From Felis catus (lineage: Eukaryota), in the NCBI RefSeq assembly GCF_018350175.1, contig NC_058368.1, positions 67,148,001 to 67,212,000 on the forward strand: a DNA stretch of 64,000 nucleotides, in the 5' to 3' direction. Both the position numbers and the translations under genes were made by a program. Shown here in pieces: positions 11,674 to 26,047 of this stretch (the stretch's first letter is position 1; every line of letters begins with the position of its first letter). Below the pieces are notes generated by a model. It searched no databases. It had not been told where the DNA came from and was given only the letters and a program-made list of their open reading frames with translations.

Positions 11674-12600
11674 ATGCAGCCACTCTGGAAAACACTATAG
11701 AGGTGCCTCAAAAAGTTAAAATAGAACTACCTACTAACTAGCTAGCAACTGCACTACTAGATATTTATCCAAAGGATACAAAAGTAGGGATTCGAAGGGG
11801 CACATGCACTCCGATGTTTTTATCAGTGCTGTCAACAACAGCCAAACTATGGAGAGAGCCCAAATGTCCATTGACAGACCAATGGATAAAGAAGATGTGG
11901 TGTATACATACATTGGAATACTGCTCTGCCATCAAAAAGAGTGAAATCTCGCCATTTGCAACGACATGGATGAACGAGCGTATTATGCTAAGTGAAATAA
12001 GTCAGTCAGATAAAGACAGATACTGGATGATTTCACTTCTATGTGGAATTTAAGAAACAAAACAGATGAACATAGGGGAAGAAAAGGAAAAATCAGACAA
12101 AAACAGAGAGGGAGGGGCACCTGTGTGGCTCAGTCAGTTAAGTGTCTGACTTTGGCTCAGGTCACGATTTCCCGGTTCTGGCTCAGTTTCTGTGCTGACA
12201 GCTCAGAGCCTGGACGTTGCTTCAGATTCTGTGCCTCCCTCTCTCTCTGTCCGTTCCCCCACTCACACTTGGTCTCTCTCTCAAAAATAAATTAAAAATT
12301 AATTTAAATATTTATATAATATATATAATTTATAATTATATATTATATATAATATTAAAATATTTTTTTAAAAAAAGCAGAGGGAAACAAACCATAAGAG
12401 ACTCTTAAATACAGAGAACAAACTGAGGGTTGCTGGAGGGGAGGTTAGCGGCAGGGAGGGGCTAGATGGGAGATGGGCATTAAAGAAGGCACTTGTGGGG
12501 ATGAGCGCTGGTGATGAATCACTAAATTCTACTCCTGAAACCAACACTATACTATGTCAACTAATTTGAATTTAAATTAAATAAGTAAATAAAAATAACA
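11674..12600 (+). mobile_element. Carnivore L1 3' end with an inserted SINE (~12115-12375)
   Basis: ORF2 C-terminal peptide WREPKCPLTDQWIKKMW; 3' UTR with TTCTACTCCTGAAACCAA. Confidence 0.88.
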
Positions 12601-14379
12601 CGAAATCTACCCTCTTAAAAAAAACACACCAAATACCAGCAGTTATGATGACACAGCTCTTAATCACATTTGGGCCCCCTTAAAAAGGCTCTAATAACTT
12701 AGATGAAGTTAATTAAGCAAACTTTTTCTTTCACTACAGCCCTCCCAATGCCCAAATCCCAAAAAGCCAGGCTGGGCCCCGTGGACACCAGAAAAGGCCA
12801 AAAGCTTGCTTTTCCATCTGATGGCAAGTGTACTTAAGTAAGGACTGGACACAGAGACCTGAGACAGCAGACCTCTGAATGTCGACTTATCTTTTCTCCC
12901 CGGGGACATTTAGCCAACAATTCCAGACCACTGGGGATTGAGCCGTCCAGCAACCCAGCTCCACCCCAACAGTCCTTCCCTCCACAGCTTACTCTCTCCT
13001 TCCTACCTCCTGCACAGCACTGAACACAGCGGTGGGTTTTCCTCCAGTCCACCAGACCATCAGCCCTTCAGGGCAATGACGACTCACACACCACTTGGAC
13101 TCACTCCCAAGCACAGAGCCTGGTATGTCATGGTGCCTGGGCACAGATGCCCCAGGAATCCATCCAGTGCAAGAATCCAGCCGGTGCAATACAGGAACAC
13201 CTACCCTGCAGGTGAGCTATCTCAAAATGGGTCACTACTCCAGTTCCCTCCACCCCAGGGCCCGTATTGCGGGCCCTGACCTCGACTTTGGGGCTTCCAG
13301 GGCTCACAGCTGTCCTTCCTATTTTCCTCCACTCCCACCAGCTAATCCATATCTCTTTATTGTGTCCCTTGTCCCCGCACCATCACCAACACAGAGACTA
13401 TATAACCATCATGCATGGATTACTGTCCTAATCCCCTTCTTTAAAAAAAAAAATACTGCGTTCAATTCAGGAAGTGAGAAGAATCATGAGTAAGATCCTA
13501 CTCCTGCTGGTCAACTCACAAGGTCTTAAAGGGATTAAATCACCATTGTTTGGAACCAGCAAGGAGACAACCAGCAGGTGATACCCTAGATACCCTATCT
13601 AGTTAGTATAGCCAGCATGGCTACCACTAGACGGAGGAGTCAGTCATCACCCAAGATCCCCTCTGAGCCCAAGAGCGCCTGATGCGGACTCTTCTGTGAA
13701 GATCTGGCCATGAGTGCCCGTTTTATCAAATGCTCTCTTCCAAACTGTTAAGCCTCATCCCTCATAAAGGAGGACACTTTATCCCCATAAAGGAAGTTCT
13801 TCCTTCCAAGCTGCCACCAGCGGTCTGACCGCCGTCCCCAACCCTCCCTCCCAGCCCTCCATAGGAAACTCTCCTGTAAACTCTCCAGCAAACTCTCCTG
13901 GGCCCTCAGCTCCTTGCTCTTAGCACACCCCTGGCTGCCCCTCGGACACAACTTTCCCGCAGCCTCAGGGTGGCCCTTCAGGATCCCAGTTCTGTTTTCT
14001 AGCCTCATACCCGGTCCATGCCTCCTAGCCATAAACACCCCTGGCACCTGCTATCACTGCTGCACCTACAACATTCTCTGTCACTGTCATTCTTCCAGGG
14101 CTTCCCTTCACCCCAACTCCCTGCATCACCGGAAGTGGCTTCCAAACCCAATACAAACAGCACCCCAAACCCCAGCCATTCGCATTCTGGTTCTCATCTC
14201 TTCTGGAACCTTCCTCTCAATCTTCTGATGAATACAAAGATGGGCTTCCAGACCCCCACCATGCTCATCGGTGCCTGTGACTGTGCACCTGCCATCCTCT
14301 TACTTACTCTGCAAGCCACTCCCTGGAGTGCAGCCTTGTGCTTTCCCTAGGGGACAGCAACCCACCCCCTGCCTTCCAA

Positions 14380-15300
14380 TACCATCCACCTGCCGGCAGT
14401 CAGACCTCTCCCACCAAACCCCAGATTCCCAGGGCTAAGTGCCCACTTGTCATCTCCTCTCAGATGCCAAAGAGGCAGCTCCCTTTAACGTCCACAGTGG
14501 AACTCCTGATTTCACCGCCAAAATCATTTTTCCCCATTTCTGTAAACATCAACCTCCAAAACAAGAGCCCACCATTCAAACCTGAAGCCCGGTAGTCACT
14601 GGATGCCTCCCTGCCCCTCAGCCAACCCATCAACTACTCCCGTAGCTGCTACCTCCTGACTCCATCCACTTTTGGCACCTCTGCTCCCCCCACTGGGTCT
14701 CGGGGCTGCAGCAGCCTGCTAACTCACCTGCCTGCTTGCACTCTTGGTTTCCCTGTCTTTCTACAGAAACGCCAGAATGATTTCTTAAAAACACAAGGCT
14801 ATGCTGTTCTGCCGCAGCAGAATTACACCTAACCTCCTTCCTAACGAGGTGGCATGCATGACCGGGTCCCTCCTGGATCACCAGCCCCATCTCCAGCCTA
14901 GACCCCACCCCCATCCCTGTTCGGTGTTCCAGCACCGGCCTCAGTGGTTCCCAGGTCTTATTTGCTGTTCCCTTTGCTGAGAACAAATGTTGTTCCCCAT
15001 TTTCTCCCACGGCTGTGCCTTCTCTCCTCCAGGTCCTAAACTAACAGCCACCTCCACCGCAAAACCTAGGCTACCTTCTCTTAAAAAACCAAACACATAT
15101 GATTTCCTCCTTTATTTCCCTCTTCTAACCTTCTTTACCTACTTACTACAATCTATTTGTTGAGAGAGAAAAAAAAATCCATTTATTTTGTGGATTTATC
15201 TCTCTCCCCTCTAGAGCAAGAGCTCCATGAGGGCAAGACAGTCCTTCTGTGGTGTTCCCTGTGCCTGGCACATAGGGAGTCAGTCACTCAAAACTCTCCC
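14380..15300 (+). mobile_element. L2 3' fragment
   Basis: Pyrimidine-rich L2-like tracts ending AGCTCCATGAGGGCAAG…GTGCCTGGCACATAG. Confidence 0.65.
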
Positions 15301-15954
15301 CTGGTTGAGAAGTGGGGGCAAAGAACATTCTTAGGACCCTGGCTAAGCTCTTGTAGGAGAAAGGGAATGTGCAGGTCATTTGAGGTCAGTAAATCATTCA
15401 ACGAATGCCCTAACCCCACTCAAATAAGTCATTTATTGTTGAAAGAATGTATTTTAAAGTACTTCTACCTGTGGCTAATTATTAATCATTGGCTAATTTG
15501 CCCTGGAGATTCTGCCAACCTGTCACTGAAAACTCCTGTGGCCCAACCTGGGCAGAGCTGGGGGGGGGGGGGGGGAAACGGGGTGGAAGGAAGTGGAGTG
15601 GTCAGGGTCAAGGACACCCCAGAGCAGGGACTGGGAGGAGGGACAAATGAGAGGCACACAGATCTCACAGTAAGACCCACCCTACCTTGGGCACCTGGGT
15701 GGCTCAGTCGGTTCAGCGTCCCACTCTTGGTTTTGGTTCAGGTCATGATTTCAGTTTCATGGGTTCAAATCCTGTATCAGGCTCTGCGCTGACAGCATGG
15801 AGCCTGCTTGGGATTCTCTCTCTCCCCCTCGCTCTCTGCCCCTCCCCCACTTGTGCTAGCTCTCTCTCAAAATAAACTAACTTTAAAAATGTTTTTAAAA
15901 AAGACCCACCCTACATTATTTGAACACCCTTCCACTAAAAGCAAGGGTTCGTAT

Positions 15955-16128
15955 GCTCAGCACTCCTGACATCTTGGGCTGGATGCTTTAGTCACAGGGG
16001 GCTGACGAGCAGCATCCCTGGACTCTACCCTCAAGATGCCAGTAGCATCTCCCCACCCCAGGTTGTGACAACCAAAAACATCTCCAGACGTTGCCTGGAT
16101 GGCAAAATCCCCTGGGCCAGAACCACTG
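15955..16128 (-). mobile_element. MER20-like hAT MITE
   Basis: GATGCCAGTAGCA…GTTGTGACAACCAAAAA.ATCTCCAGAC.TTGCC…AGAACCACTG. Confidence 0.8.
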
Positions 16129-16444
16129 TCCCAAGCTTTTTGTGTTTCTAGAAAAGCCATATAACGTTCCTTCAAATGTTGGCCCCAGAGAGTACCCACA
16201 GGCCACTCGTAGTCGTCCCTTAGCCACCGAAACACGGGTAACAGTATAAACCCATTTCATACTCACTGGTCCAAATTTCCTCCAGGAACTCACAGTCTGG
16301 TGAGGGATTTATATTGAAGAATGACAGCAGGACATGGCAGGGGTGGTCATGAGCTATAAGAAGATCAGCTTCTTGGCTTTCTGCAGGGTCTCCATAGGGA
16401 TAGGAGATCAATACCCCACGCGCCAAGGACCGATCTTCTGTACA

Positions 16445-16600
16445 GCAAAGATTCTCAAAGTGAGATCCCCAGACCAGCAGCATCAGCATCCCCTAACTTG
16501 TTGGAAATGCAGACCCCAGAACTATGCATCACAAACTCTACAGTGAGTGTCACAACTCTGTGTCTTACCAACTCTTCCAGGATGCCCAAGTTTAAGAATG
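16445..16600 (+). mobile_element. MER5A-like hAT MITE
   Basis: TTCTCAAAGTG…CCCCAGACCAGCAGCATCAGCATC…CTTGTT.GAAATGCAG. Confidence 0.75.
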
Positions 16601-17075
16601 TTTCATACAGGGGCATCTGGGTACTGAATCAGCTAAGTGTCTGACTCTTGATTTCAGCTCAGGTCATGATCTCACGGGAAGAGGGTTTGAGCCCCGAGTA
16701 CTGACCGTGTGGAGCTTGCTTCAGATATTCTCTCTCTCCCCCTCTCTGCCCCTCCCCTATTGCACGTGCACATGCACATGGTCTCTCAAAATACATACAT
16801 AAGAAATAAAAATAATAAAATATTTTTATTAAAAAATAGTAATAATAAAAGGACTGTGCTGTACAGTGTGTTTTGGCATAACCACTGGGAAGCTCTTGTG
16901 TGGTCCTTATATCACCAGTCCCAACCATCCCAACCCTGGCTAAAGAGTAAAATCCCAGTCTTGGCCTGGAATATTTTAAACCCAAGACCAAAAGATATCG
17001 AAGCCCCATCCAATGACTGAATCAGAGTAAGCCAAGTTAGAAGCCACTAGCGGCCTTTTCAAAAGGCCGCCCAAT

Positions 17076-17307
17076 GGGGCGCCTGGGTGGCGCAGTCGGT
17101 TGAGCGTCCGACTTCAGCCAGGTCACGATCTCGCGGTCCGTGAGTTCGAGCCCCGCGTCAGGCTCTGGGCTGATGGCTCGGAGCCTGGAGCCTGTTTCCG
17201 ATTCTGTGTCTCCCTCTCTCTCTGCCCCTCACCCGTTCATGCTCTGTCTCTCTCTGTCCCAAAAATAAATAAACGTTGAAAAAAAAAAATTAAAAAAAAA
17301 CAAAAAC
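17076..17307 (+). mobile_element. Young felid SINEC_Fc
   Basis: CpG-intact body; TSD AAAAGGC(C/T)GCCCAA at 17061-17074 and 17308-17321. Confidence 0.95.
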
Positions 17308-17704
17308 AAAAGGCTGCCCAAGCCCTGCCAATTCTGGTCACTGGTCAGTCCAAGGAGCCATCTGCACAATGGAGAGTGGAAAGCGTATGCACCCGGGGGC
17401 CTCAAAGGAGGTTAGGGAGGGCTACAAAGAAGAGACAGAGCTGGGGTCAAGTTCAGAAGAATCATTTGGAGCCCACTGAGGAGAGCAGGGAGAAAGAGGG
17501 ATTTTCCAGAAAAACAAAACCAGACATGCAAAGACATATTGCCTAGGGACAGCAGGTTCAAAACCACATGGGATTTGGTGTGGTAATGGGGTAACTATCC
17601 AAAGGTCTTATCCTCCAAATGTAAGAATTTGAACATTATCTTTTATCCTGTAAAACAGAAAGAGTACAAGGTTTTTGTTTTGTTTAAAGTGTATTTGAGA
17701 GAGG

Positions 17705-17763
<59 letters not shown>

Positions 17764-18508
17764 GGGATGTGAGCAAGTGGGGAAGCCAGAGAGAGGGAGA
17801 GAGAATCCCAAGCAGGCTCTGCCACTCAGCCCAGAGCCTGACTTGGGGCTCATACTCAACAAACGTGAGATCATGACCTGAGCTGAAACGAAGTGTCAGA
17901 CACTTATTCAACTGAGCTCACCCTCCAGGCGCCCAATACAGTTTTCAAGCCACTTTGTAGATGACAGACTTTGGAAGGCAAGGAAACCAATCAGGAATTG
18001 GATTTGCGAGAAACATCAAGACTGTGCAATAAGCCACATTCCTTCATGCAAGTAAACTAGATCCTGGTCCCTCTCCCAGCCTTATTCCCCTGTAGCTAAC
18101 AGATGTCACTTCCCATGGCTTGGTCCTAACTCTGGGACTGCCACTCCCCCATAAAGATAAACCACATGATCAGAAATCAGAGTTTAAAATTCAACATCCT
18201 ATGGGGCACCTGGGTGGCTCAGTCGGTTAAGCATCCAACTTCAGCTCAGGTCATGATCTCACAGTTTGTGGGTTCAAGCCCCACATCGGGCTCTGTGCTG
18301 ACAGCTCAGAGCCTGAAGCCTGCTTCAGATTCTGTGTCTCCCTCTCTCTCTGTCCTTTCCCCGCTCATACTGTCTTTCTTTGCCTCTCAAAAAATAAATA
18401 AACATTAAAATTTTTAATAGATAAAATTCAATATCCTATTACTAATTTACTCTATCAAAACAAGAGAAAAACATTGCAACTCACACCATTCTTTAAAAAA
18501 ACTTTTTA

Positions 18509-18735
18509 GGGGCGCCTGGATGGCGCAGTCGGTTGAGCGTCCGACTTCAGCCAGGTCACGATCTCGCGGTCCGTGAGTTCGAGCCCCGCGTCAGGCTCTG
18601 GGCTGATGGCTCGGAGCCTGGAGCCTGTTTCCGATTCTGTGACTCCCTCTCTCTCTGCCCCTCCCCCGTTCATGCTCTGTCTCTCTCTGTCCCAAAAATA
18701 AATAAACATTGAAAAAAAAATTTAAATAAAAAAAA
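18509..18735 (+). mobile_element. Young felid SINEC_Fc
   Basis: CpG-intact body; AAAAAAACTTTTT duplicated at the flanks. Confidence 0.93.
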
Positions 18736-19059
18736 AACTTTTTAATACCCTATTTAATATAAACTGAAGCATCTCTGTGTCCAATTATTCTGAATTCCTT
18801 AAAATTACCATAGCAGTAACATATTCTAAAATATATTTTATAATTCTATAATATATTTATTAAATATGTAAAAAACTACATCTGTGAGCAACTCTGCTTT
18901 CTAGCAAAACACACTAAAGTTATTCCCTTTAAAGGAAGATACTAGAAAGGGATGGCTCATCCCATACTGGCTAACAGCTATCAAAGGTGGAGCGGTGGGG
19001 AAGCAGACAGAGAAAAATAAGATTTTTATATAGTTTTACAAAATTAGAAAGTCCAACAC

Positions 19060-22000
19060 AAAGGTACTAAGGGCAAGTTGTAAGATGTGTAATACAGAAA
19101 CAAAAATCAACTGCAATGCTGTATTCTAATGATACTGTGGATGGGAGTGACTTCTGCTGATAAGTTATTGAAGATAATCACTTCAAAGACTCAGTGGTCA
19201 GAAAGTTTTTAGAGATTAGTAATTAACTTTAAATTTTTTTTAATGTTTATTTCTTTTTGAGAGAGAGAGAAAGACACAGAGTGTGAGCAGGGGAGGGGCA
19301 GAGAGAGAGGGAGACACAGAATCCGAAGCAGGCTCCAGGTTCTGAGCTGCCAGCACAGAGCCATGAGATCATGACCTGAGCCAGAATCAGACGCTCAACC
19401 AACTGAGCCACCCAGGTGCCCCAGAACAAATAACTCTAAGATTTGTATGGAACCACAAAAGACCCCCGGTTGCTAAAGCAATCTTAAGAAAAACAAAACA
19501 GGAGACATCACTCTCCCTAACTTCAAAATACATTATTACAAAGCTACAGTAATCAAAACAGTATGGTATGGGCATAAAAACAGATACACACACAAACAAA
19601 AGAGAGAGGCCCAAAATAAACCCACACATATATGGTCAATTAATTTATGACAAAGGAGGCAAGAATATACAATGGAGAGAGGATGGTCTCCTCAATAAAT
19701 GGTGTTGGGAAACTGGAGAGCCACATGCAAAAGAATGAAACTAGACCACTACCTTACACTATACACAAAAATTAACTCAAATGGATTGAAGATGGACTTT
19801 TAAGACCTGAAATCAGAAACTCCCTGAAGAAAACATAGACAGTAAGATCCCTGATGCTGGTGTTAGCAATACTTTGGATTTGATACCAAAAGCAAAGGCA
19901 ACAAAGCAAAAACACAACGGGGTGCCTGGGTGACTCAGTGGGTTAAGCATCCAACTTTTGGCTCAGGTCATGATCTCATGGTTTGTGAGTTCGAGCCCCG
20001 CATCAGACTCTGTGCTGACAGCTCAGAGCCTGGAGCCTGCTTCAGATTCTGTGTCTCCCTCTCTCTCTCTGCCCCTCTCCCACTCATGCTCAGTCTCCCT
20101 CTCTCAAAAATAAATGTTAAAAAAGAAAATTTTACAAAGCAAAAACATACAAGTGGGACTATATCAAAACGTCTTAGTTTAGCTTCTTTTGCAATAACAT
20201 GGATGGATGGACTTAGAAGGTATTACGCCAAGTGAAATAAGTCAGAGAAAGATAAATACTGTAGGATTTCACGTATACATGGAATCTCAAACACAAACAG
20301 CCTGGGTGGCTGAGCCAGTTGAGCAGCAATTCTTGATTTCAGCTCAGGTCATGATCCCAGGGTCTTGGGATCGAGCCCCACTTCAGGCTCTGCACTAAGC
20401 CTGCTTGAGATTCTCTCTCCCTCTGCCCCTCTCCCCTTCTAGCGTGCTCTCTAAAATAAAACAAGACAAAACAGACTCACAGCTACAGAGAACCAGATGG
20501 TTGCTGCCAGAGTGGAGGGGATGAGAGTATGGGCAAAGTAGGGGAAGGGGATAAAAGGGTATAAACTTCCAGTCATAAAGTAAGACACAGGGACACAATG
20601 TATACTATAGGAGATATAGCTAATAACATATGACAACTTTGTATGGTGACAGATGGTAGATAAATTTATCTTAGTCATTTGGATAAATCTTAGTCACTTG
20701 AATAAATTTATCTTGGTCACTTGGATCACTTCCTAATGTATATAAATACTGAATCACTATGTTGTACACCTGAAACTAAGAATACTGTATGTCAACTACA
20801 ATTCAATAAAGAAAAAAAAAAGTTTCCACACAGCAAAGGAAATCATCAACAAAATATAAAGGCAACCTACTGAATGGGAGGAAATATTTACAAATCACAT
20901 ATCTGACAAGGGTTTAACATACAATATATATAAAGAACTCCTACAACTCAACAGCAAAGAAATAATTTGATTGAAAAATTAGCAGAAGGGGGTGCCTGGC
21001 TGGCTTAGTCGGTGGAACATGCAACTTTTGATCTGGGGGTTATGGGTTCGAGTCCGTGTTGGATATAGAGATTACTTAAAAATTCTTTTTTAATTTTTAA
21101 CATTTATTTATTTTTGAGAGACAGAGCGTGAGTGGGGAAGCGGGAGAGAGAGAGAGAGGGAGACACAGAATCTGAAGCAGGCTCCAGGCTCTGAGTGTCA
21201 GCACAGAGCTCCATGCGGGGCTCCAACTCACAAACAGTGAGATTGTGACCTGAGCCGAAGTCGGACGCTTAACCGACCGAGCCACCCAGGTGCCCCCAAG
21301 ATATTTTTTTTTTAAATGAGCAGAGGAGGGGTGCCTGGATGGCTCGGTCGGTTAAGCATCCGACTTCAGCTCAGGTCATGATCTCACAGCTCGTGGGTTC
21401 GAGCCCTGCACTGGGCTCTGTGCTAATGGCTCGGCACCTGGAGCCTGCTTCAGATACTGTGTCTCCCTCTCTCTCTGCCCCTCCCCCACTCATGCCTGCT
21501 CAAAAATAAATAAAAACATTAAGTAAATAAAAGATGAGCCAAGGATCTGAACATTTTTTCTACTGAAGACATACAGATGGCCAATAAATTCATTCATACA
21601 TGAAAAGATGGCCAACATCATTCATCATCAGGGAAATGCAAATCAAAACCACGAGGTATTGCCTCATACCTATTAGCATGGCCACTATCAAAGAGACAAA
21701 AAAAAAAAAAAAAGAGGTAACAGGTGTTGGAGAGAATGTGAAGGAAAAGGAACCCTCATACACCACTGGTAGGGCCATAAACTGGTATCGCCACTCTAGA
21801 AAAAGAGGATCCTCAAGAAACTAAGGATGCAGGCACCCCTTGGTCTAGCAATCCCACCTCTGTACCTAAAGGAAATGACATCATTACCTCAAAGAGAAAT
21901 CTGGACTCCCACGTTCACCACAGTATTCACATCAGATGTGGTGTTGTGTGTACATATATAAACGTGTTATGTATACACACACACAATGAAATGTTATTCA

Positions 22001-22690
22001 CCCTTTTTAAAAAAGGAAATCCTGTTATTTGTGACAACATGGATGAACGTGGAGGGCATTACGCTGCATGAAATAAGTCACAGAGACTTGTATGTAGAAT
22101 CTAAAACAAAGTTGAAGTCACTGAAACAGAAGTGTGGGTGAGGGGGTGCAGGGGGAATAAAGAGACTAGAAAAAGGGTACATACTTGCAGCTATGAAATG
22201 AGTAAGGGCTGGGGCTCTAATGTGTAACGTGGCGACTATGGTTGATAACACCGTACCATATCACGGAAATTTGCCAGGAGAGGACTCAAATGCTCTCCCT
22301 AAAACAAGGGGGGGGGGAGGTGTAATTATGAGGCGATGGATGTGTTAATTAACTAAAGGGTGGGAGATTCCTCTTACAACGTATGCATATATATATATTT
22401 TTTTTTTAACATTTATTTATTTTTGGGACAGAGAGAGACAGAGCATGAATGGGGGAGGGGCAGAGAGAGAGGGAGACACAGAATCGGAAGCAGGCTCCAG
22501 GCTCCGAGCCATCAGCCCAGAGCCTGACACGGGGCTTGAACTCACAGACCGCGAGATCGTGACCTGGCTGAAGTCGGACGCTTAACCGACTGCGCCACCC
22601 AGGCGCCCCTCACAACGTATGCATATATTAAATCAACACACTGTACTCTTTAAATACGTTACAGTTTTGTCAATTATGCCTCAAAGCTGG
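19060..22690 (+). mobile_element. L1MA-type ORF2 3' part and 3' UTR, fragmented by several SINEs and a nested L1 3' end (~20185-20820)
   Basis: ATGGAACCACAAAAGACCC, AATAAATGGTGTTGGGAAACTGG and AAAATTAACTCAAATGGAT motifs; the host L1 resumes at ~20817 (…CACAGCAAAGGAA). Confidence 0.85.
22398..22609 (-). mobile_element. Young felid SINEC_Fc
   Basis: Perfect TSD ACAACGTATGCATATAT at 22376-22392 and 22612-22628. Confidence 0.95.
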
Positions 22691-23430
22691 GTGGAAAAAA
22701 GACTTTGGCTGGCACTTGTCCCCAGTTCCTGGACTTTGTCCTGGCTCCTCTAAATCCCCAGAATTTTATAAGCAACAAGAGTATGGGCCCTGATGGTTTA
22801 TGCTAACAAGGGTGACTCATGGTGGCCCCAAAAGAATTTATGCTAACAGATGACTCAGGATAGGAACTAGCAAAGCTCCAAGGACCAACCACGTGACCAG
22901 AGGGTTGAGCCTATAAGTGACAGGGCACCAGCCCAATCCCTGTGAGAGGAGGCTGGAGATGGAAATCAATAGCATCATCAGTGAGTCTACTGATGATGCC
23001 CACATGATCGAACCACAACAGGAATTCTGACACCAAAGCTTGGGGGAACTTCCCTGGTTGGCAGTATTCTGAATACTGTCGCACACTGATGAAATGAAGA
23101 GTGACACGTCCCGACTCCACAGGGATAAGATAAGAACGCTTCAAGTCTGGGACCGTCCCAGACCTCCCCCTCCCTTTGGTTCCAATTTGTATCCGTTTGC
23201 TCTAATAAATCTGGCACTGTAAGTACAGCCCTTTCCTGAGTTGCATGTTGTAGCAAATTACTGAGCCTAAGTGGGTTTGGGGAACAGACTTTGTAGCCAG
23301 TCGGGTCAGAAATGAAGGCGGCCTGGGGATCCCGCGAACCTGCAACTGAAGAGAGGTGTCTGAAAATTGGGCAGTCTTATGGAGGGTTGCACCCTTCACT
23401 TGTGAGGTCTGCCTGAATTCCAGGTCGTTG
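22690..23430 (+). mobile_element. MER21-like solo LTR (ERVL class)
   Basis: TTTATGCTAACA, GACACCAAAGCT..GG.GAACTTCCCTGGTTGGCA.TA.TC and TGTATCC.TT.GCT.TAATAAA motifs recalled from the MER21 consensus. Confidence 0.72.
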
Positions 23431-23749
23431 GGGCCAGCTTCTGTGCAGGGGACACTCTCCCCAGAGCTCAAGACCAGAGGCTCCCGTCTCGGGACACCAC
23501 CTCCTTAGCTCCTTCTGGCCTCAAGGTCAGCTCCCCACTGGCCCCTCCACTCTGCCTCTTTCCCCCATGGTCTCCTCGTCCTCACCTCAGTTAATACAAA
23601 ACTATAGTCCCAGACCTGGTGCCCACCAGCCCGTCACTGTCACTGTGAACACTTCTGCTGGAAGCAAAGACCAGGAAAATATGGTAAAAGCTCCCTCCCT
23701 TTGCCTTGTGACCACATGCTCTAATTCTAGGACGCAGTTGCCACATTTA

Positions 23750-24080
23750 ACCTACAATGAAATCACCTGAGAAGCTATTAAAAATAAACTCAGACCCCAC
23801 TCGCTGGGGTTCTGTTTCCCAAGATCTGAGGCAGAAACGGAGAATCTGCATTTTATTAAGTTTGAGAGCAAGCTTGCACGCGTGAGCAGGGAGAGGGGCA
23901 GAGAGAGAAGAGGTGGGGGCAGAATCCCAAGCAGGATCCGTGCTGTCAGTGTGGAGCCCGATGGGGGACTCGATCTCACAAACCATGAGATCATAACCCG
24001 AGCCGAAACCAAGAGTCGCACGCTTAACCAACTGAGCCACCCAGGTGCCCGGACAATCTGCATTTTAAACAAGCTCTCCT
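23750..24080. mobile_element. MER5-like MITE interrupted by a reverse SINE (~23856-24050)
   Basis: AATCACCTG.GAAGCT.TTAAAAAT…AATCTGCATTTTA, the latter duplicated on either side of the SINE. Confidence 0.65.
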
Positions 24081-25454
24081 CACTGGTTTGGTCTGAGTTG
24101 CACGGAGATTTAATTATGCTTCCAGACAAGAGAGTCATATGAAGGTGGGTGGTAAATGATTCTTTAATCACAGGGTGTTAGAGAACACACCTTAGAAAAT
24201 CTGGTGCAGCCCGTGAGCCCCAGAGAGAAAACCCGGCCTAAGACATCAAACATCAAGGTCAGTTAAATGACTGAACTAGGACCAAAATCCCAGGCTTCTG
24301 GGGAACGTGGCCCAAGGAAACCCAGAAAGGAACAGTAGATAGATGTCTGAGGGAAGAGCAGAGAGCAGGGATTGTGGACGCTGCCCAGCAGACCAGCTAC
24401 TGAATGAGGACACCAGGCCCTGGTGTTCCTGTCAGTTCATGTCACTACTGCCCACTGGCTCAAGGTAGAACTAGGCTAAGGCTCCAGACAGCTATGCAAA
24501 GTGACAGCGGCAACATGCATGAGGAGAAAGAACTCTTGGTGGAGGGAAGGTGAGCACCTGGGCTTTGCCACGCTACCACGAAGAAGGTAGGATTCAAGTC
24601 AGGGGCACCTTTGAGGAGAAAACCTGACCCGACCTCACTGCTGCAGGTAAGCAGCCAACATGCTCAGAAAACCCAGCAGTAAATCATGCTGGGAAACCAT
24701 CAGCCTTGCCGAGAGTCACAATTAGAATAAATTGAAGGTACCAGGCCAGACCCAATTTTTATATGTATGTTCTAATATATATATGGGGGGGGGGGGTGTT
24801 CATTCCAATATTGGCTGGGCTATGAGTTAACAGACACATTTACAAGACTGTAATATCTCAAACTGATCCAATTTTTCTTTAAAACAATTCAGGAATATGT
24901 GACTAAACCTACAAAGCCAAAGTATCCTTTGCCTCCAACCATCCTTTTTTTTAACTTTTAGAAATTTACTCCACAAAACTGAGCTTTAAATCCTGTGAAA
25001 GAAGCCCATTACTTTCTCTCCCCAGTGCCCAGGCTAGTGCCTGGGGCAGAGAAGGTGTTGAATATGTATTTTCATGAAGAATGATTATATGGTTCAGAAT
25101 TAAAGAATCCAAAGAATTTGGGCAACTGGGTGGCTCAGTCAGCTCAGCGTCTGGCTCTTGCTTCCCGCTCAGGTCATGATCTCATGGTTCATGAGATCGA
25201 GCCCCATGTGGGGCTCTGCGCTGACAGCACTGAGCCTGCTTGGATTGTCTCTCTCTCCCCCTCTCCCCCTACCTCCTCAAAACAATAATTTTGTTTGTTT
25301 GTTTGTTTTTGTAAGACAAAGCAGGGACACCGGCTGGCTTAGTTGGTAGAGTATGCGACTCTTTTTCTCAGGTCGGGGATCGTTGTGAGTTCGATCCCCA
25401 CGCTGCATGTAGAGATTACTCAAAAAGAAAATCTTTTTAAAAATTACGACAAAA

Positions 25455-25638
25455 GATGGGAATGCAAGCTGGTGCAGCCACTCTGGAAAACAGTCTGGAG
25501 GGCTCTCAAAAAAAACTACAAATAGAACTACCCTAGACCCAGCAACTGCACTACTAGGCATCTATCCACGGGATACAGGTGTGCTGTTTCAAAGGGACAC
25601 ACGCACCCCCATGTTTATAGTAGCACTATTGACTATTG

Positions 25639-25676
<38 letters not shown>

Positions 25677-26047
25677 GGAGTATTACTCGGCAATCAAAAA
25701 GAATGAAATCTTGCCATTTGCAACTACATGGATGGAACTGGAGAGTATTATGCTAAGTGAAATTAGTCAGAGAAAGACAAAAATCATAGGACTTCACACA
25801 AAACAGATGAACATAAGGGAAGGGAAACAAATATACTATAAAAACAGGAAGGGGGACAAAACAGAAGAGACTCATAAATATGGAGAACTGAGGGTTACTG
25901 GAGGGGTTGTGGGAGGGGGATGGGCTAAATGGGTAAGGGGCACTAAGGAATCTACTCCTGAAATCATTATTGCACTATATGCTAACTAATTTGGATGTAA
26001 ATTTTTAAAAATTAAAAATTAAATTAAAAAATATATATAAATATAAA
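25455..26047 (+). mobile_element. 5'-truncated felid L1 3' end with an internal (CA)n
   Basis: Peptide MEYYSAIKKNEILPFATTWMELE; TSD AAAATTA(C/T)GACAAAA at both ends. Confidence 0.9.

Noticed and set aside
15157..15792. 211-aa ORF
   Set aside because: Runs through an L2 tail, a poly-G run and a SINE head; not a gene.
17076..17160. tRNA-like A/B boxes (here and in the other SINE heads)
   Set aside because: These are tRNA-derived Can-SINE heads followed by CT tracts and polyA, not tRNA genes.
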